Positions 13,501 through 26,987 of a stretch of 64,000 nucleotides of DNA are shown here, one piece after another. The notes beneath the pieces were generated by a model. It did no database searches, was not told where the DNA came from, and saw only the letters and a list, made by a program, of their open reading frames with translations. The stretch's first letter is position 1. Each line of letters opens with the position of its first letter. The position numbers and the translations under genes were made by a program. This DNA comes from Takakia lepidozioides (taxonomy: Eukaryota; Plantae; Bryophyta), in assembly GCA_030704615.1 (NCBI GenBank), contig CM060731.1, forward strand, positions 16,430,001-16,494,000, read 5' to 3'.

Positions 13501-13948
13501 GATTTCCAGATTTTCTTGTTCGTTATGAAAGTAGGTGACTCCTGTCAAGTCATTGAGCTCCTGCAGATGTTGGCCATTGCGCCTGCACTAATCTTTCCTA
13601 TCAGCCAAAGGTTGTTGGATGAACTTTAGGAGTGGTAGAGTATGGTTCCTTTTCTTTTGAGTTGAGGCCATTGCACAAATTCACATGCAATGCTCTCGGA
13701 TCAGCTATCACATGAGGAGCATCTAGTAATCTGGGTGTTGAATGACGGACGGGTGTTGCAGTGTGTCAACTTCAGCCATAGGTATCTGTGAAGTGGCTGG
13801 TCTCGGCAAGCTCAGAGCCAGGCAGTTGACAGACAAGAGATGGCATAACCATAATGAGATTCTTTTGCTGGTGCGTAATATAGGTGCAACCACATACCGG
13901 CCTGCACTCGCCTCCATTGTTGTGGAAACTACACCTGATATTGTGTAA
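7576..13948 (+). CDS. POP1: Ribonuclease P/MRP protein subunit POP1 (about 12 exons: 7576-8132, 8433-8529, 8851-8964, 9164-9350, ~9574-9695, ~9906-10215, ~10438-10707, ~10969-11077, ~11434-12069, ~12212-12542, ~13202-13453, ~13760-13948)
   Basis: POP1 N-domain motifs IPRHLRRRTTSHN and LGTHVWHAKRFTM; RGSRAVLRW...LHDTCFYSPIEL; LWVWVH; POPLD motifs WSLIMPMAWVRAFW...IGLRE and PSFPHDFPDC...RRPPSKR; C-terminal PIGFVTS and LLLVRN...YRPA. GT-AG boundaries are visible. Confidence 0.93.
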
Positions 13949-16625
13949 CACAAGTATCGTCAGCTCATCTCGGAACTTTTAATCTTTGGGCTGAAATAGC
14001 CTATTGTACCGTTGCAGTGTTCTCTTTTCATGGTAGTGTCAACCGATGAACTGGGTGTGCTGGAAATACTGCTGTCTTCTTCCAGTGACATAGAGAATTA
14101 TATGGTGGGAGATGGATTGAGCCCTCAGAACTTCCCAATCGATGAATTGAGCTGTCTCCAATCACATTTTGCTGTTGAGCCACTCAGCCTAGAAGCCAGG
14201 CCTGGATGAGGGTGAGGATGTTGGGTACTTGTACTAGCCATTTGGCCTCAAGTGTGTTTAAGAGGTCTCTAACTGGAGGAATGCACACAAACAATTGCGA
14301 CCTTCTAAAAGAATGGGTAATGTGATGGTCGACCTACCATGTGCGCCATTCTATCAGTAGTAAGAGCACATGCCCCTCCCCTTCCTGAAAAAATGTAATA
14401 AGCAAGGTAGTTTGTTTGTTTTGTTTTGTTTTGTTTGTCATGTTGGACAGCGCCCGACGGGTAGGGGTGCATTGAGGTGTTTTCATAATTTTGGACCCGG
14501 TGCGGGATATCTTGAATTTCAAGTGTTTTTCGTCATGGGAAATGCATGATAAATAGCAGATTGGGTTTTTGTAATACTGGCCTTTCATTTGTCTTTTGGA
14601 ACAATTGGTCATAAATATACTTATGTATATATCTAATTATGCAAGGGTACAATATGTGCTCTGGCTGGTACAGGTCACGCAAGTTTGAATAAAGTGATCT
14701 TTACATTCCCTGATTTGTGCTGCATCAACTCCCCCTTGTACGACCTCCACTGTAGACCACCCTCTCATAGACAAGGTTTGTAGTAATGTCTTGCTACGCA
14801 TTCAGAAGGGGACCAATCAGATTCCAAGCAATCACAAGAGATATGTAGTTCATGGTTTTAACAGCCTTGCTATGTTCAGCTGTTTCTGAAATGGAGGAAA
14901 TGTCTTCACAATCTGTAAGGCCACATACATATCCAGTGTACAGCCCAATGTCTAAAGAGCAGCCAAAATAGTAAGCCAAGAGCAAGTTGACTGATCAAAC
15001 AAACAAAGTCTTGTCAACAAATTGGATACCACAAGCTACTACTTACAGCTAACAATCATCATGTATTTTTAAGTAAGAACGTTTACACCTTTTTTAAAAT
15101 GAATTCCATTTACTTTGATTTGCTGTAGACTTATACCCACTAAAATGGACAGTTTAGGTGATAAAGCTCCATCACAATGTTTAGCCACTTTTTGGTATCT
15201 TTTACAATGGAGTAAACATCTCCATATAAATTATAATTCATTGGATATTTCTACTATGGTAAACATAAAAATCTGTGTGACTATTGGTTCTATGTGGGTT
15301 GCCCTTGGGCAAGCCATAAACGGTGCATGGCTATGCAAGGGAGATATGTTTGATAAGGTACTCATTCTTGAGTTTCTCAGGCTGGGATGCTACTCATGGC
15401 ACCTTCATGTGCAATCTTTTCAAATACTGCAAAGTATGAACCTTCATGTTCTTTCTTAGAAGAACCTCAAATTGATGATCGAACTGATCAAGTTGTTTGA
15501 ACAAAACAACATAAAGAACTGATCTTTGTGAGAGAGAGAGACTCCCGTAGCCGGAGTGATCTTTGGCATTCCCCGCCTACACTCTCAGTGCCAGTTAAAA
15601 ATGGTACACACATTAACAGGAAAAGGAAGATGAAGAAGAAGAGAGGCATGGGTTGGGGTAGTTTATTTAAACCTTAACTATGGGAATGTCGGAACCATTA
15701 TTTTATTAAAGGTTAGTAAAACACCTACTGTCAGTTTAACTAATAACATGATCCAGATCTAGGACCCAGCTATCTTTGTTCCTTACAAAAGAAAACGCGG
15801 GAGCTATTGACTGTTTGCTGCTTTTAGGCTAACTTATCTGCTTTTGTTTGTGAGCTTGAGCCCTATGCTTCTGCCGCTGGTTCTCGTTGGGTGGCTCTTA
15901 TGGTTACATGACAGACTCCTCACCTGATAACCTTAAATCTCTTCGTCTCTCTTCCTTGAGATTGCAGAACATTCAGTCTGCTTTCTTCGCTTTTCCTTGT
16001 AGTTGGTTACGAAGCAGGTTCTTCCTGCATCAGCCTCCATGGCACTTTTGAGAGGTTACTTTTTCCTCTTTTTAACTTCCTGGACACTTCGTCCCCATGA
16101 TATAAAGTTTCAGGGCTACTATCCCCTTTCTTCAAGGAAAAAAAAAAAAAAAAACGTTTGTGAACAGAGCTATTATTCTTTTTGTAACACATAAATCCTG
16201 TGAACTAGCATTATAGCTATTAGCCAATTTCCAACAGCATGGTGGGAATGGTGCCGGAGTTCATTCAGCAATAGTTGACACAGACTGAAAAGCTGATTTG
16301 TGTGAACAGGTGTTGAAATTTATTATGATCATGCACTGAAATAAGATTTCCAGGGCGGTATAACCTTTTATGTAAAAGTGAAAGTATTACATAAAAGTGA
16401 AAGTAAAAGGTTGCGTAAAAGGTGTGGCTACTCATTGGCAACATGCAAACATCTGAAAAACCTTGCATGTTTAGGGTTTAGGGCGCGGCTAACTTCATCA
16501 TAAAATTCCTTTACTTAACTCGTCATCACAATGAATAGCAACTTTCTCTGACTCAAAGTCGACAAACACTTCCGCAGGCATAGCCCTTTCGAGCCTCTAC
16601 CACCCCAGCAACAAGGTGCTTCCTG

Positions 16626-18881
16626 CTAGTCAGTCTTACTATGGCTCAAAAAACGATCAAAGGGACTTACCTTTCCCTCTTGAAAAAGGGGGCAGAAGGA
16701 GTGGTGCACTATCAGCACTGCCAGCACGGAAATAGTGACTCCAAAGAAAATAAGGCTTGCAACCCAAAGCTGCAAGAACACGTTCTGACCTTGAAACTCT
16801 AATAAATAGGCCCAAGCCAACCAATGTAGCTGTGCCGCAGTCCAGATACCCATACATAGTGCACCCTTCCTCCACGACCTCAGCCTACTTGATGGCAAGA
16901 TGAGGGGTAGCAGGCAAAAGAACCACACAAAATACTGAGCAGTAATTACCTGCAACACACAAATGAATCAACCACCTGTGTGGAACATAAATGAAAGACA
17001 TGCATAGATTCCACTGGTAGCTAAGCATGTAGCAAATGGACAAAAATGCACACATTCACAAATCCATATAGAGTGGTTATTTCAGATGTAGCTGAGCCCA
17101 GAATCAAGCAAAAGGGGACGATGTGGGGAACAGACCTTATTGAAGGCAACAAACGCAACCGTTTGAGCGAAGATGCAGAAGGGAAGGTCCTTTGAGAAAA
17201 AAATGGCAAGCACCAACTGCACACCCATTTGAGGCACAAATGCCAAAAGCCGCTCCAACACTGTGAAGCCCAGGGTGTGATGGAGGTATATATAGTAGAA
17301 GTATATGGAGAAGTTGTGTCTGGGATCGGTGCGTGTCAAGTGATAGAGTAATGCTTCATTCAGAAACTCCATGCCATACTTGACATAGCAAACCCCTGTC
17401 AATACAACAAAAACTCCTCCTGAAACAACCGCAAATGTGATCCTCTCTCTGTTTATCAGGCCTCTCCAGCTTTTGTGGATATCCGAGGTTTTATCCTTTT
17501 TTGAGTTTAACACTGGATTCAAAATTGTAGCACCGTCGGCTGGGATATCTTCATCCTTCAGAGAGGGAATGCATTCTTTCTTTTGAGATATCAACGAATA
17601 GTTATCATCAAGCAGTAATAGTATTGGAAGAGCGTAGATGATTGGGTAGATTCGGAAATGTACTACCAGTCCGTACCAAATGGCTGCCTGCACCAGCCCA
17701 CCTGTAGTACCAAAACAGATGATCCCTCTCAGATTATACTCAGTGTGGCTAAGTTAACTTATTGACCAAATCATTGTGGACATCATTGCAAGTAAAGCAG
17801 CCACATGCACAGCTTAGATGCAGGGCCACACTGACACCCTTTTGATCAAGCCCCAGAGTGCTCAAATTTGCTAAGTGCCATTTACATCCTTGATCCCTGT
17901 CATACAGAGTGAAGAGTTGACAACCACCCACCGTCTAATGCTAGTATCATGAACCTGCATAGATGCTCACTGCAGCTACAGAATGTGAAAAATCACAAGA
18001 TAACATACCAGTCATTAGGCAAATAAGAAGCCAAAGGATTATAGCGCATACAAGAGACTCGCAATTTCCACGTGTGGCCACCGCAAAGGTGAAGGGATTA
18101 AAGAACCACAACGAGATGCACCACATCCGCACTTTGCCTGGCACACTGCGCATTTGCAATGTGCGACTGAGCAAATGACCCACCACCAAATCTGCATCAG
18201 AGCAGAGCCCCCTCCCGTTCAGCTTCCCGCCAGCCAGCACCAATGTCTATACACCTGCCATTTGTCAAACAATGCCTGCTCTTCTTAGTCTGCATCACAC
18301 CAGCCCCCTTGCATTCCTTTCGTCTAGTAATCCAAGATGTGATTGTGCAATCTGTGAAGGTTTCGTAATATCAGTGCGTTTCACATAGCGAGCCCCAGGT
18401 TTTTTTTTTTTAATATTGCCATCCCCTCGCTTTATGTATTTGGTACTTACTGTATCTTGTCTGGCAGAAACCAAGCAAGCTGTTTCTGCAGAAACATAGG
18501 AAGTAATCTTTTTCTCAATGCTCTCTCTCTCACACAGATTATGAATCGTCACTAAAAGATACATGAACTTCAGAATGAGAGGAAGGATTAACCGGCAGCC
18601 GAGAACAGGACTTTTCCCCAGCAGCGATGCAGCAGGATGTTGGGCACAAGGGCAAGGGCCAACAAGGGAGAATAGCGATAGGTGTGTCTCTCGTATGGGG
18701 ACCTTCCCTGCGACATGAGCCTGGCCGCGTCAGAGAAGACGGCGTAGTCAATGTCAGTATAGGGCACCTCCATGTGAGCGTCTTGCCACTCTCCATACAC
18801 TATCAAACCCACCCGCAGCACCGCTGCCGCCCACATCAACCCTCTCACTTCCGCATCCCTGCCTCCCCTCCAAGACGCCAT
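16626..18881 (-). CDS. PIGM: GPI mannosyltransferase 1 (PIG-M / PEANUT1-like), 4 exons (18881-18593, ~18192-18010, ~17702-17135, ~16949-16626)
   Basis: [13 protein letters not shown] (DXD motif), [74 protein letters not shown]. Confidence 0.95.
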
Positions 18882-20434
18882 AGCCCCACCAGCCCCCCGC
18901 ACCCAGCGAGCGAGAGAGATGAAGACAATACTCACTAGCGACCGTATATCAATGTATTATTCTATGTATGTATCATATATACAATTGGAGTCGTTGAAGT
19001 TTACTATATACTTGAAGGCCCTCGAAGCTTCACATGAAGGCTTTTACAAGCAAGGGGCCAACTACCAGCATATCCCAACGGACCCAAGAGCTACAAGCTC
19101 ACACAGAGCAAAAACCAGAGACTCAGATGGGAACAACATATGAGATTCACTGAGAAAACCTTTTGTAGCGAAGATCGAGATGTAGCGAGAGTCAAGGCTT
19201 GCTTCGTAGAGCTTCAAAATTGAGATATGCTTTCATCTTCGAGCTGCGATTCTTACCCTGTTTCCACTTGATGTCTTCCCCACTCACCCAAAGGCGAAGG
19301 CAAGGACCCCCAATGCGCAGGGAGCTTGTAGGCCCATCGGGTGTAATTCCTTGCCACCCCCAAGTGGCGTCGAATTCAGAGATGAGAGATGCTCGTTTGT
19401 CCTCACTGCATCTGCGAAGTGCTGCTCTCAAGCTTTCACACCCTCCAATAGTAAGGCACAGTATAGTTTTTGAAGAGTTGTTGCCACAGAAGGAGGAGAT
19501 GGAGTATAGAACCACTCGCATCTGCTTTTCTACATATGCCAAAGAATGAGTGATCGGAGGCAAGACCAAATAGAGCATTTATTCTAGGTTCGGCCATTAT
19601 AAAGATGAGTTGTTACATAATCAGCTCTTACCAACTTTCATGTTGAGTACAATACACGAACTCTTGTCCAGATAGTGCCTCCAACAGCACAGCGAAAGAA
19701 GCAATGCTCAATTGATTCTATGTATCCAACTGCAAGGAGCAGGCGGCTTCCAATTGGCACCCAGGGAAGCACTATGTTGCATAGTTTCCACATGAACTTG
19801 ACCTACTTAGCCATTGCCACTCCCTTGGATCAGACTTTAGGTCTTCCAGATGGATTAGTCAAATGCAAGTCATCCGACAAAACCCAGGAGGCAAGCGAGC
19901 AGGTGAGAGGAAGAAGCGGGTCAATCGAGCTCGAGGATAAATCAAGAACTAGAATAGGAAACACAGCCTTCCTTCAGATTGGAAACTTGTCCCAATTTCC
20001 CCTCTCTTTTAAGGAGATAACATTCTTTACAGTGTTTCCTTCTTTTCATTGTTCATCTCCTTGTGTAACTTTGGCTTTCATGGTGCTTTTGTCTTCATCT
20101 TTGAAAGCTGCTGTCTACCTTGGATGTGTCTGCTTATCTCTAAAATGTGAGCTCAACCAGCAAGCTTACATTCGAAAGCTTTTAATTCTCAGTCTATGTT
20201 GATCAAGAGGTTCTTTGTGGTATGTAGGCGCAGTGGTCTGCAAAGAGGAACGCCTCGACCAAAAGCAACGGTCCCGACTATCGGAGCCTCCGCCACGTGT
20301 CATCTCCCGCCTAAGGGGATCAGAGACATGGGGATACTTTAGAAAGGAGAGGGCGGGCAGGGAGTGTTGGGGATGATTTATGCTGTGAATCGCTGGACGT
20401 AATATTTCCTTGCTTTGCAGCTAGGCAGGCAGGC

Positions 20435-23400
20435 ATGGATCCGCTGGACAGTGTGGTTAATGCCTTGTTCCAATGGCTTGAGAAACAAGGAGAGCTGAAC
20501 AAGATTAAGAAGGAGATCCTCTCCCATGCAGAGGCTATTGTGGTGGACATTGATCTCATGGAGGTCCTCGACTGGAACCTACAGCTTGGCAATGCAATGG
20601 CGGGAGATCCCGATGCTTTAGCTCTTAGCCTGTTAAGATTCATGAAGGAATATTGGAAACCGAAGTATGTTTGTCTTGGTACATGTGAGACGAAAATCCA
20701 CCAAATAGCATCTGCAGAGACTCCTGTGAGGAAGGCTGATCGCGAGACAATGCGTCTGAGGCTTCGTATTCGTAGCGCTCCGCTTCCCATGACTCCTGTG
20801 GAGAAGATGTGGAAATATTGCAGAGCTGGAAAAGACCAGGAGAGAGAGCTTGTGCATGTTCATGGTGTTGTATATTCTGTGTCAACAGAAGAAAAAATAT
20901 CCTGCTTACTCCCCTAAACCTTAATTCGGCTCCTTCCTGACGAACTCTTTCGGTTCATCACATGGAGATCATGTTTTCTCTCTCTTAGGTTGAATTGTAC
21001 GTCGTATATGTGCTCGTCTGTTCTTATGTAGCTGTAAGTCAGGAAATATATAGATGATGTGTAGAATCACACAGCATTGATACTTCCAGATTTTGCCTTG
21101 CGGCCTTGACAATATGGACAACACACAGCATTTATGCGAAGGTTCACATGCAAGATTTGCGGATTGACTCATGATGTGTACATGGAGCTCAATCAATCAA
21201 TGCCATATTGCTGCGCTAAATCTGACGAGTCTATGGTAGAAGATCAGAAAGCTTACATCCTCATATCTTCTCAGGTATCTCCCTAGTTTTTACAGTTCCC
21301 GTCCTCCTTGTGTGGACTCTCTTGGCCAAGATGGAAGGATGATGCAGGTGGTTGAAATGTGTGACACCGATTGACTACAGGAAGATTAATTTTCAATTAG
21401 GCTTAATATCTCTGTTGAAGTGGGGTACAGTTTCAGTACAGTTTCAGTCTAGCAAATATGTCGATTACACTATTCGTGCCACCTGGTTACTCACGTTTAT
21501 GCATGTGGCTTCGGCCCTAATCTCCCATGCGAACGAGAAGCATTAATCTAAAGCCTTGTGAATCAGCCATAAATAGCTACGTTGAGTGCGCAGCAAAAGA
21601 ATCGGTTCTCTTTTTGAGCCAAGAGACTTACAAACAATGACGAGTTTTGCCGCACACTCAAAGGTTTTCTTGCCCTTTCAATTGCAGAAGGTCATGCTGG
21701 GGCCTATGCCGCGAACTGGAGCTGCCAGCAGAAACTCTTGTCGACAGCCTCCAATCCCGGTCAGTCTGCTTGAGGATCTGACAGGAAGAGTGCGTGTTGG
21801 AGATTCTCTGTCCGTGATAGGACATGCACACTTGTCTATTACTGCAAACCTTGCCTCCTTGCCACTTGATAAACACCTGTTTGGAGTTCTGGCTGTCAAG
21901 GCGAACAACATTTTCGTCACCTCCAATACCGTGAGGTTGGCCAAAACTGTGAACCTCTGTATGCCGTGGGCCAGCAGCGAGGGCGTTTCTTTGGAAAGGT
22001 TGTGTAGATGCTTCTGCAAAAGTATCAAAATTTCTGATGCACATCCAGCACATCTCAGCTTTGCTGTCTTACTCAGCCTTGTGGCCAGTCATACAAGGCC
22101 AGAAACTAATAGGCTGCGAGATTGGGAAGACGCACCTAAGAGAAGACAAATACATGTGTTGCTCAGTACAAGCTCAGTAATTTCCTCGTCTATGCTTCAG
22201 CCACTACAAGCCGCAGCTCAACTTTATTCACCAAGGGTTGTTCATCATAAGGCTGGGAGCAACGGAAATTTACTTTCCAGCCTAGGAACTCCTGATGCGG
22301 TGACTGGTAGCCAGGAAATCCACGCTGGCAGTCTGACACTAAGCAACGACGGCATCTGTATTCTGCGTCTCTCTGAATTGATGCTATCGAAAGGGGATCA
22401 AAGTTGGTTGCATGAAACAATGGATAGATCTTTCATCCAATTGGGATCCACCCCAGAACTTCTTGTGCCATGTCAAGTAAGCATATGGGGCTTAGATTTT
22501 CTGCGCACTACGACCAAGGCAGCACGAGGAGGCAAAGCTGGCAGTCATGTAGGACTCAGTCACCGGCTACTACGTCAGTTCGACATTGTCGTCTCTGACA
22601 CATCAGATCAGACAAAGGCCTATGAGGATCAGATTTTGGAATTTATCCTGCAGAATGATATGTGTGATGATAGGTTTCAAGGAAAGCTCGCTCAGCACTT
22701 ACACTATGCCGCAAACATCAAGTCCGTGAGCATATCCCAGGGTGCCCACAAGCTGATCCGAAGTTACTACCTTACACTACGAAGAGCCAAGTGCTTTACT
22801 GTGGAAAGCCACTCTGAGGACGTATCATCATTGATCTTGGAGAGCCTATTGCGTGTAGCACAGGCCTGCACAAGACTCTGCTGGCGCTCTGAGACGTGCG
22901 AGGTACATAACATGAATCCTGCAGCTGCTAATTGCCTCTTATTTTTTCGTTATAATTCCAATGTGTCGTTTTGTTCCCTAACTAGCATAATCCATCTCCA
23001 TATTAATGTTAGGAGCTTGTAACTCTACAGGTCCCAGATGCAACATTAGCGATTCTACTTTGTGAGCAGACACATACGGCCAAGGTACAGTTCCAGAGCT
23101 TCGTGTTTCTGCCTGCAGCATTTGCGCTAGTGCTCCAAGCCCGCAGAGAGAGTCTCTGTTCTATGTCCGTGACCAAAGATTGATGTGGAATACCTGTCAA
23201 GAAACAACTCCCTAGCATGTGACTGCTCTGACCGAGCCAATCAAATGACGTTTGAGGAATAGCAATGCTTTTAGCGCTTTTATGGCTGCTTAGGCGTTGT
23301 AGTGAATACTTCAGACAACTACATTAATTTCCAGCAACCACATATACTCCTCTAATTCAAGTTCAGGTTCCAATATGAACTTCACCCATGACGATGCCAA

Positions 23401-23936
23401 CATGCTGACCTATTTTTGTGTGGATGCTTGTGTATAGTACGGTCTGTCAGTTTTGGGGTGGTCCGGGCAGAAAATGCAAACCGTGTTGCAAAGTCAAAGT
23501 TCATGCGAAGACTTCGACTGGGGAGACTATGACAATCTCAACCATAGGTTGAGTCGCTTCCATGCTGAGCTGCTGGAATGGCTACATCCTGAGCTAGATT
23601 TGAAGGGTGAAGAGTGATATTTTCTTCCTCGCAGCACTGAAGCCTAGGCAGGACTTCATGTTCAATCCAACATAAATTTTCTCTTTCGCTGCTTGCAGAT
23701 CTTTCAAGTGCTGCTGCAAGACGCCAAACCTGCCAAAAGCTTGCAGTGACAATGCACCTGATGGGGACATCCACTGGAGAGAGTTCCAAGAACAAGCTGA
23801 TCAGCTTGGACACTTTTTTCTATACAAAGAGAGACAACGTCCCTTGGGCATTCAGCACTCATCCTTTGTGAACCTCTTCGAAAAGCTTAAACTGTCTCCT
23901 GCCAAAACTGAGCAGGAAGCTGTGTTTCAGCAATGA
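20435..23936 (+). CDS. MCMDC2: MCM domain-containing protein 2-like (catalytically inactive MCM paralogue); exons 20435-20896, 21125-21274, 21688-22902, 23031-23084, 23438-~23547, ~23699-23936
   Basis: MCM N-domain (IVVDIDLMEVLDWNLQLGNAMAGDP), OB fold (LVHVHGVV; LLEDLTGRVRVGDSLSVIG), zinc finger (TCKICG...CC), and AAA+ fold with degenerate Walker A (IHVLLSTSS), Walker B (AGSLTLSNDGICIL) and R-finger (LLRQFDIV). Lid LESLLRVAQACTRL; C-terminal LAILLCEQTHTAKYGLSVL. Confidence 0.75.
20897..21124 (+). other. U12-type (minor spliceosome) AT-AC intron
   Basis: 5' ATATCCTG donor at a codon boundary, branch site CCTTGAC at 21104-21110, AC acceptor 14 nt later. Removal gives in-frame ...VSTEEK|TAFMRRFTCKICG... 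Confidence 0.8.
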
Positions 23937-24824
23937 AACCAGTGCAAGGTCTTATAAACATGCCCTGGGGAAAACAACCATGCAACACAGTGGACTACCT
24001 ACATGGAAATTTCCGAACAAAGTGACGACCTCGACATCCTTAAGACATGATAAAACAATTTGCCAAATCAAATCAATGGGTGCCCTCCCTCTGACCCAAA
24101 GGACGGGAGAGGACCTCACTTTACCATAAGAAGAAAAAGTTTCCTACTCCGGGTTTTGAAGGAGAAAGCCTCGTCAAATATTAGTTAGACACGAAGAGCT
24201 TTCTCCCCCTATCTAGTCATCCTCTGTGCCCCGCAGCCGAGCGTTCCCATTCGTTACTGCAACATTCAACTGTGCAGCACGCTCCACTATTGCCTTTCGC
24301 TTCAGCGTTGACATGTTGTGCGCGATTTCAGCTCTGTACTTCCTGTATATCCAATTCATGTTAGTGCTTAAACCCTAATACTTTGAAGACGACCTCAAAT
24401 GCTTGGAATCCCGAACCGAGAAGGAAAGGTTCCAATGACACTACGAATTCAAACCGAGGTCCTGTGACTGACCGGTTGTGCATGAGGAGAAGCTCAAGGT
24501 CGGCCACATTGTACACCAGTCACACTGGAATAGGGCTCTAGCTTTTCTTCAATAAGACCAAGCCTGATTTGTGAAGATTACACTTATACCAAAAGGACAT
24601 GTTTCAGCAGTGGGGATATCACAGTATCCCAGGCTCCAAGGAGTATAGGATTAGAACATTGTCGTTCTAATCCTAGAAGTCTCACCTTAGATGCCTCCAT
24701 GTATGTTTGCCTTGCCCTCACACAAGAGTGTAGCCCCACTAGAGAGGAGGGATTATGCACAACCCTCAAAGGCAACACGTAAATGACTGGGTTCTCCTTC
24801 CCACGTATCAGGGTTGAAGAATCT

Positions 24825-24960
24825 GTAAGGTTGTAGCATCTTTGGCCAGATCTCACACAACACTTTGAGCAACATTTCTGAATACATCCCTTTGCTGCAG
24901 TATTTTGGCAGTGAAGAAATGAGCACTGAAAAGCCACAGGGACTTCAGGGAGGATTTGGG
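24825..24960 (-). pseudogene. Cys-rich zinc-finger fragment resembling the SHI/STY (SRS) RING-like finger
   Basis: CSFLHCQNTAAKGCIQKCCSKCCVRSGQRC versus the recalled SRS consensus CxDCGNQAKKDCxHxRCRTCCKSRGFxC; no intact gene model found around it. Confidence 0.4.
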
Positions 24961-26692
24961 GGGGGCTTGTGATAGGGGTGGTTATGGCTTGAATTTTTCA
25001 GTTTGGGGTGCCTTTCTTTCAGTTGTTGGGTGACATTTCCTGCGAAAGGAGGTATAACAAACGTCAGCACAGTAAACTTTCTCACACGAAGCTGGCTACA
25101 GTAATCTAGACATGAACTACACTTATATGATCACACCTAATAGTCGGTTCATAACAGAATCCTGTACTAGAACCAAATTCATTGAAACACAGATACCTGG
25201 CAAGTGAAATAGAACAACATGGTCAAATGAGAGTTTGTCATTTGGGTGACTGGACTATCACAAAATCTACTAGAATGCAACCCCTAGAGGTTGTGTGCTC
25301 TGTCAGCATTTTTTGGCATGTTCAGTGGGACGGTTCCTCCGTGCACAATCGAAGGAGAAGAGAGATTTGCACATACCTTGAAACCTTGAGTCACGGAAAA
25401 AGGCCTTGACAGCAGCTCTGGTGGTGCGAGCAGCAGCCCCACGTAGATACTTCTCTGCCAGTGCCGCCCTCCTCTTATCTTCATTGAGCCATGGCTACAC
25501 CCCACATTCATCTCTCAAACCCCCATCTCTCTTTCTCTCCCTTTCTAAATTTCTCTCTCCCTCATAGGCTACAGAAAACAAAGTCTTATGAGTACATCTT
25601 TCTCTCATAGGCTCATTGCACACCTTGTTCCAGCATGGTTAGCACTTATTTCCCTGATGATTCAAAAAGAAAAAAGATGAAACAAAGACATAACCATCAG
25701 AATAGAGGTTCACACAAATGAAGGTGGTTGACATTCATCACTGAATATGGCCACCTTCATGTGTGAGCAGCTGTGATATGCAGTGAAGTGAAAATGAGGG
25801 GGCCAGGAAAGACAGTAGACATGGTTGGTGGTTAGGATTGTGACGCCATGCCTTGACATGCCTGTTGCAATGACCTGGGGCCAACTGATAAAGATGTGAC
25901 TCAGAAGCAAGAGGGAGAGAAAGAAAGAGAGAGAAGCTTAAAACATCCACCAAAGAGAGGATAAACTTCACTGCATATCGCAACCAGTAGTAGCTCAGAA
26001 CAAGAGAAAGTTGGCCACACCTGTCGAAAAGTGCGAAGACGATAGAGAGTCCTGCCCTTGATGAGCAGAGGATGCATGGAAGGCAAACCTGTGCTCCATA
26101 GAACCTCGATCTGCTTATGACACATTACGCGACATCAAGTCCATTTGGAGAAGTTTTTATTGAACAACACACCAAGAACTCAAGACATCAAGGTGGCGGA
26201 GATTTTCAAATACAGCAGACTGAAGCTCTGAAAAGTGAGAGGCAGTGCCGTATAATTCAAGTAGTTTGAAAACTCAGCCATGGTGTCTATGCCATGAAGC
26301 TAAGCTCGTGTCTATGCCAGGAGCTAAGCTGTGGTTAAAGGCTCTTTCGGCGGGTTCTAATTCCTCCTGAGGTCACGAGGAGGCTTTGGCTTAGCTCCTG
26401 CGTTCATCTTCGATTTGCTCATGACTTCTCCAAATTCCAGAGGCCTTGTGAGCTCCCGAGGAATGTGAAGCCTCGCCGCCAAAAGAGCGTTTACGAGACA
26501 TTCTTATCTTCCCTCGCCTCCTCGTAAGAATCAAGAAGACAATCCATTGCTCGAGAAGTTGAGAAAATAAATGACAAGATGGTGCCCTAGGTCCTTTTAT
26601 AGTTTGAATATTCGTCCGCCCAATTCATCCATGCAAGTCAATATTAGCAAAAGGATGGGCCACACCAGTAAAGGCCACACGGTAAGGCGGGG

Positions 26693-26748
26693 TACCACGG
26701 GTGATGTGAGCAGCGGGTGGCACGGGTGATGCCACATCACCCGTGGTA
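26693..26748. repeat. Perfect 16-bp inverted repeat (hairpin) taccacgggtgatgtg...cacatcacccgtggta
   Basis: Read directly; a third partial copy (cacgggtgatg) lies in the loop. Confidence 0.8.
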
Positions 26749-26932
26749 ATGTTTAGCTGAACATTTGAACCATTTTTTGTACATAGAGGTGCATCCCGGT
26801 TACAACAACAAGGTACTGAAGAGAGACAGAGAATTCATGTACTCTTAAGAGTTTGTTTGCCATAGCCGTCTGGCAAAGAGAGGGAGAGAGTTCATTGGGG
26901 AAGAAACTTTCAGTAAGAAAGGCAGCCTTTAC

Positions 26933-26987
26933 CTTAAGTACCAAGGCCCAGTTATAGAGGGCGTCATGGTGGTCTCCAGTCTCCACG
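26933..26987 (-). pseudogene. Isolated exon encoding a TPR segment (HDALYNWALVL), HLB1-like
   Basis: Flanked by cag acceptor and gtaaag donor; the peptide resembles the plant HLB1-type TPR motif as recalled; no neighbouring exons found. Confidence 0.4.

Noticed and set aside
8561-16482. Scattered TTTAGGG units as interstitial telomere arrays
   Set aside because: Only 1-2 units each (e.g. ~8568, ~10347, ~16470); telo-box-sized, not arrays.
19192-20202. ORFs 19199..19549, 19192..19578 and 19675..20202 as genes
   Set aside because: No recognisable motifs; probably the promoter or 5' UTR region between the divergent PIG-M and MCMDC2-like genes.
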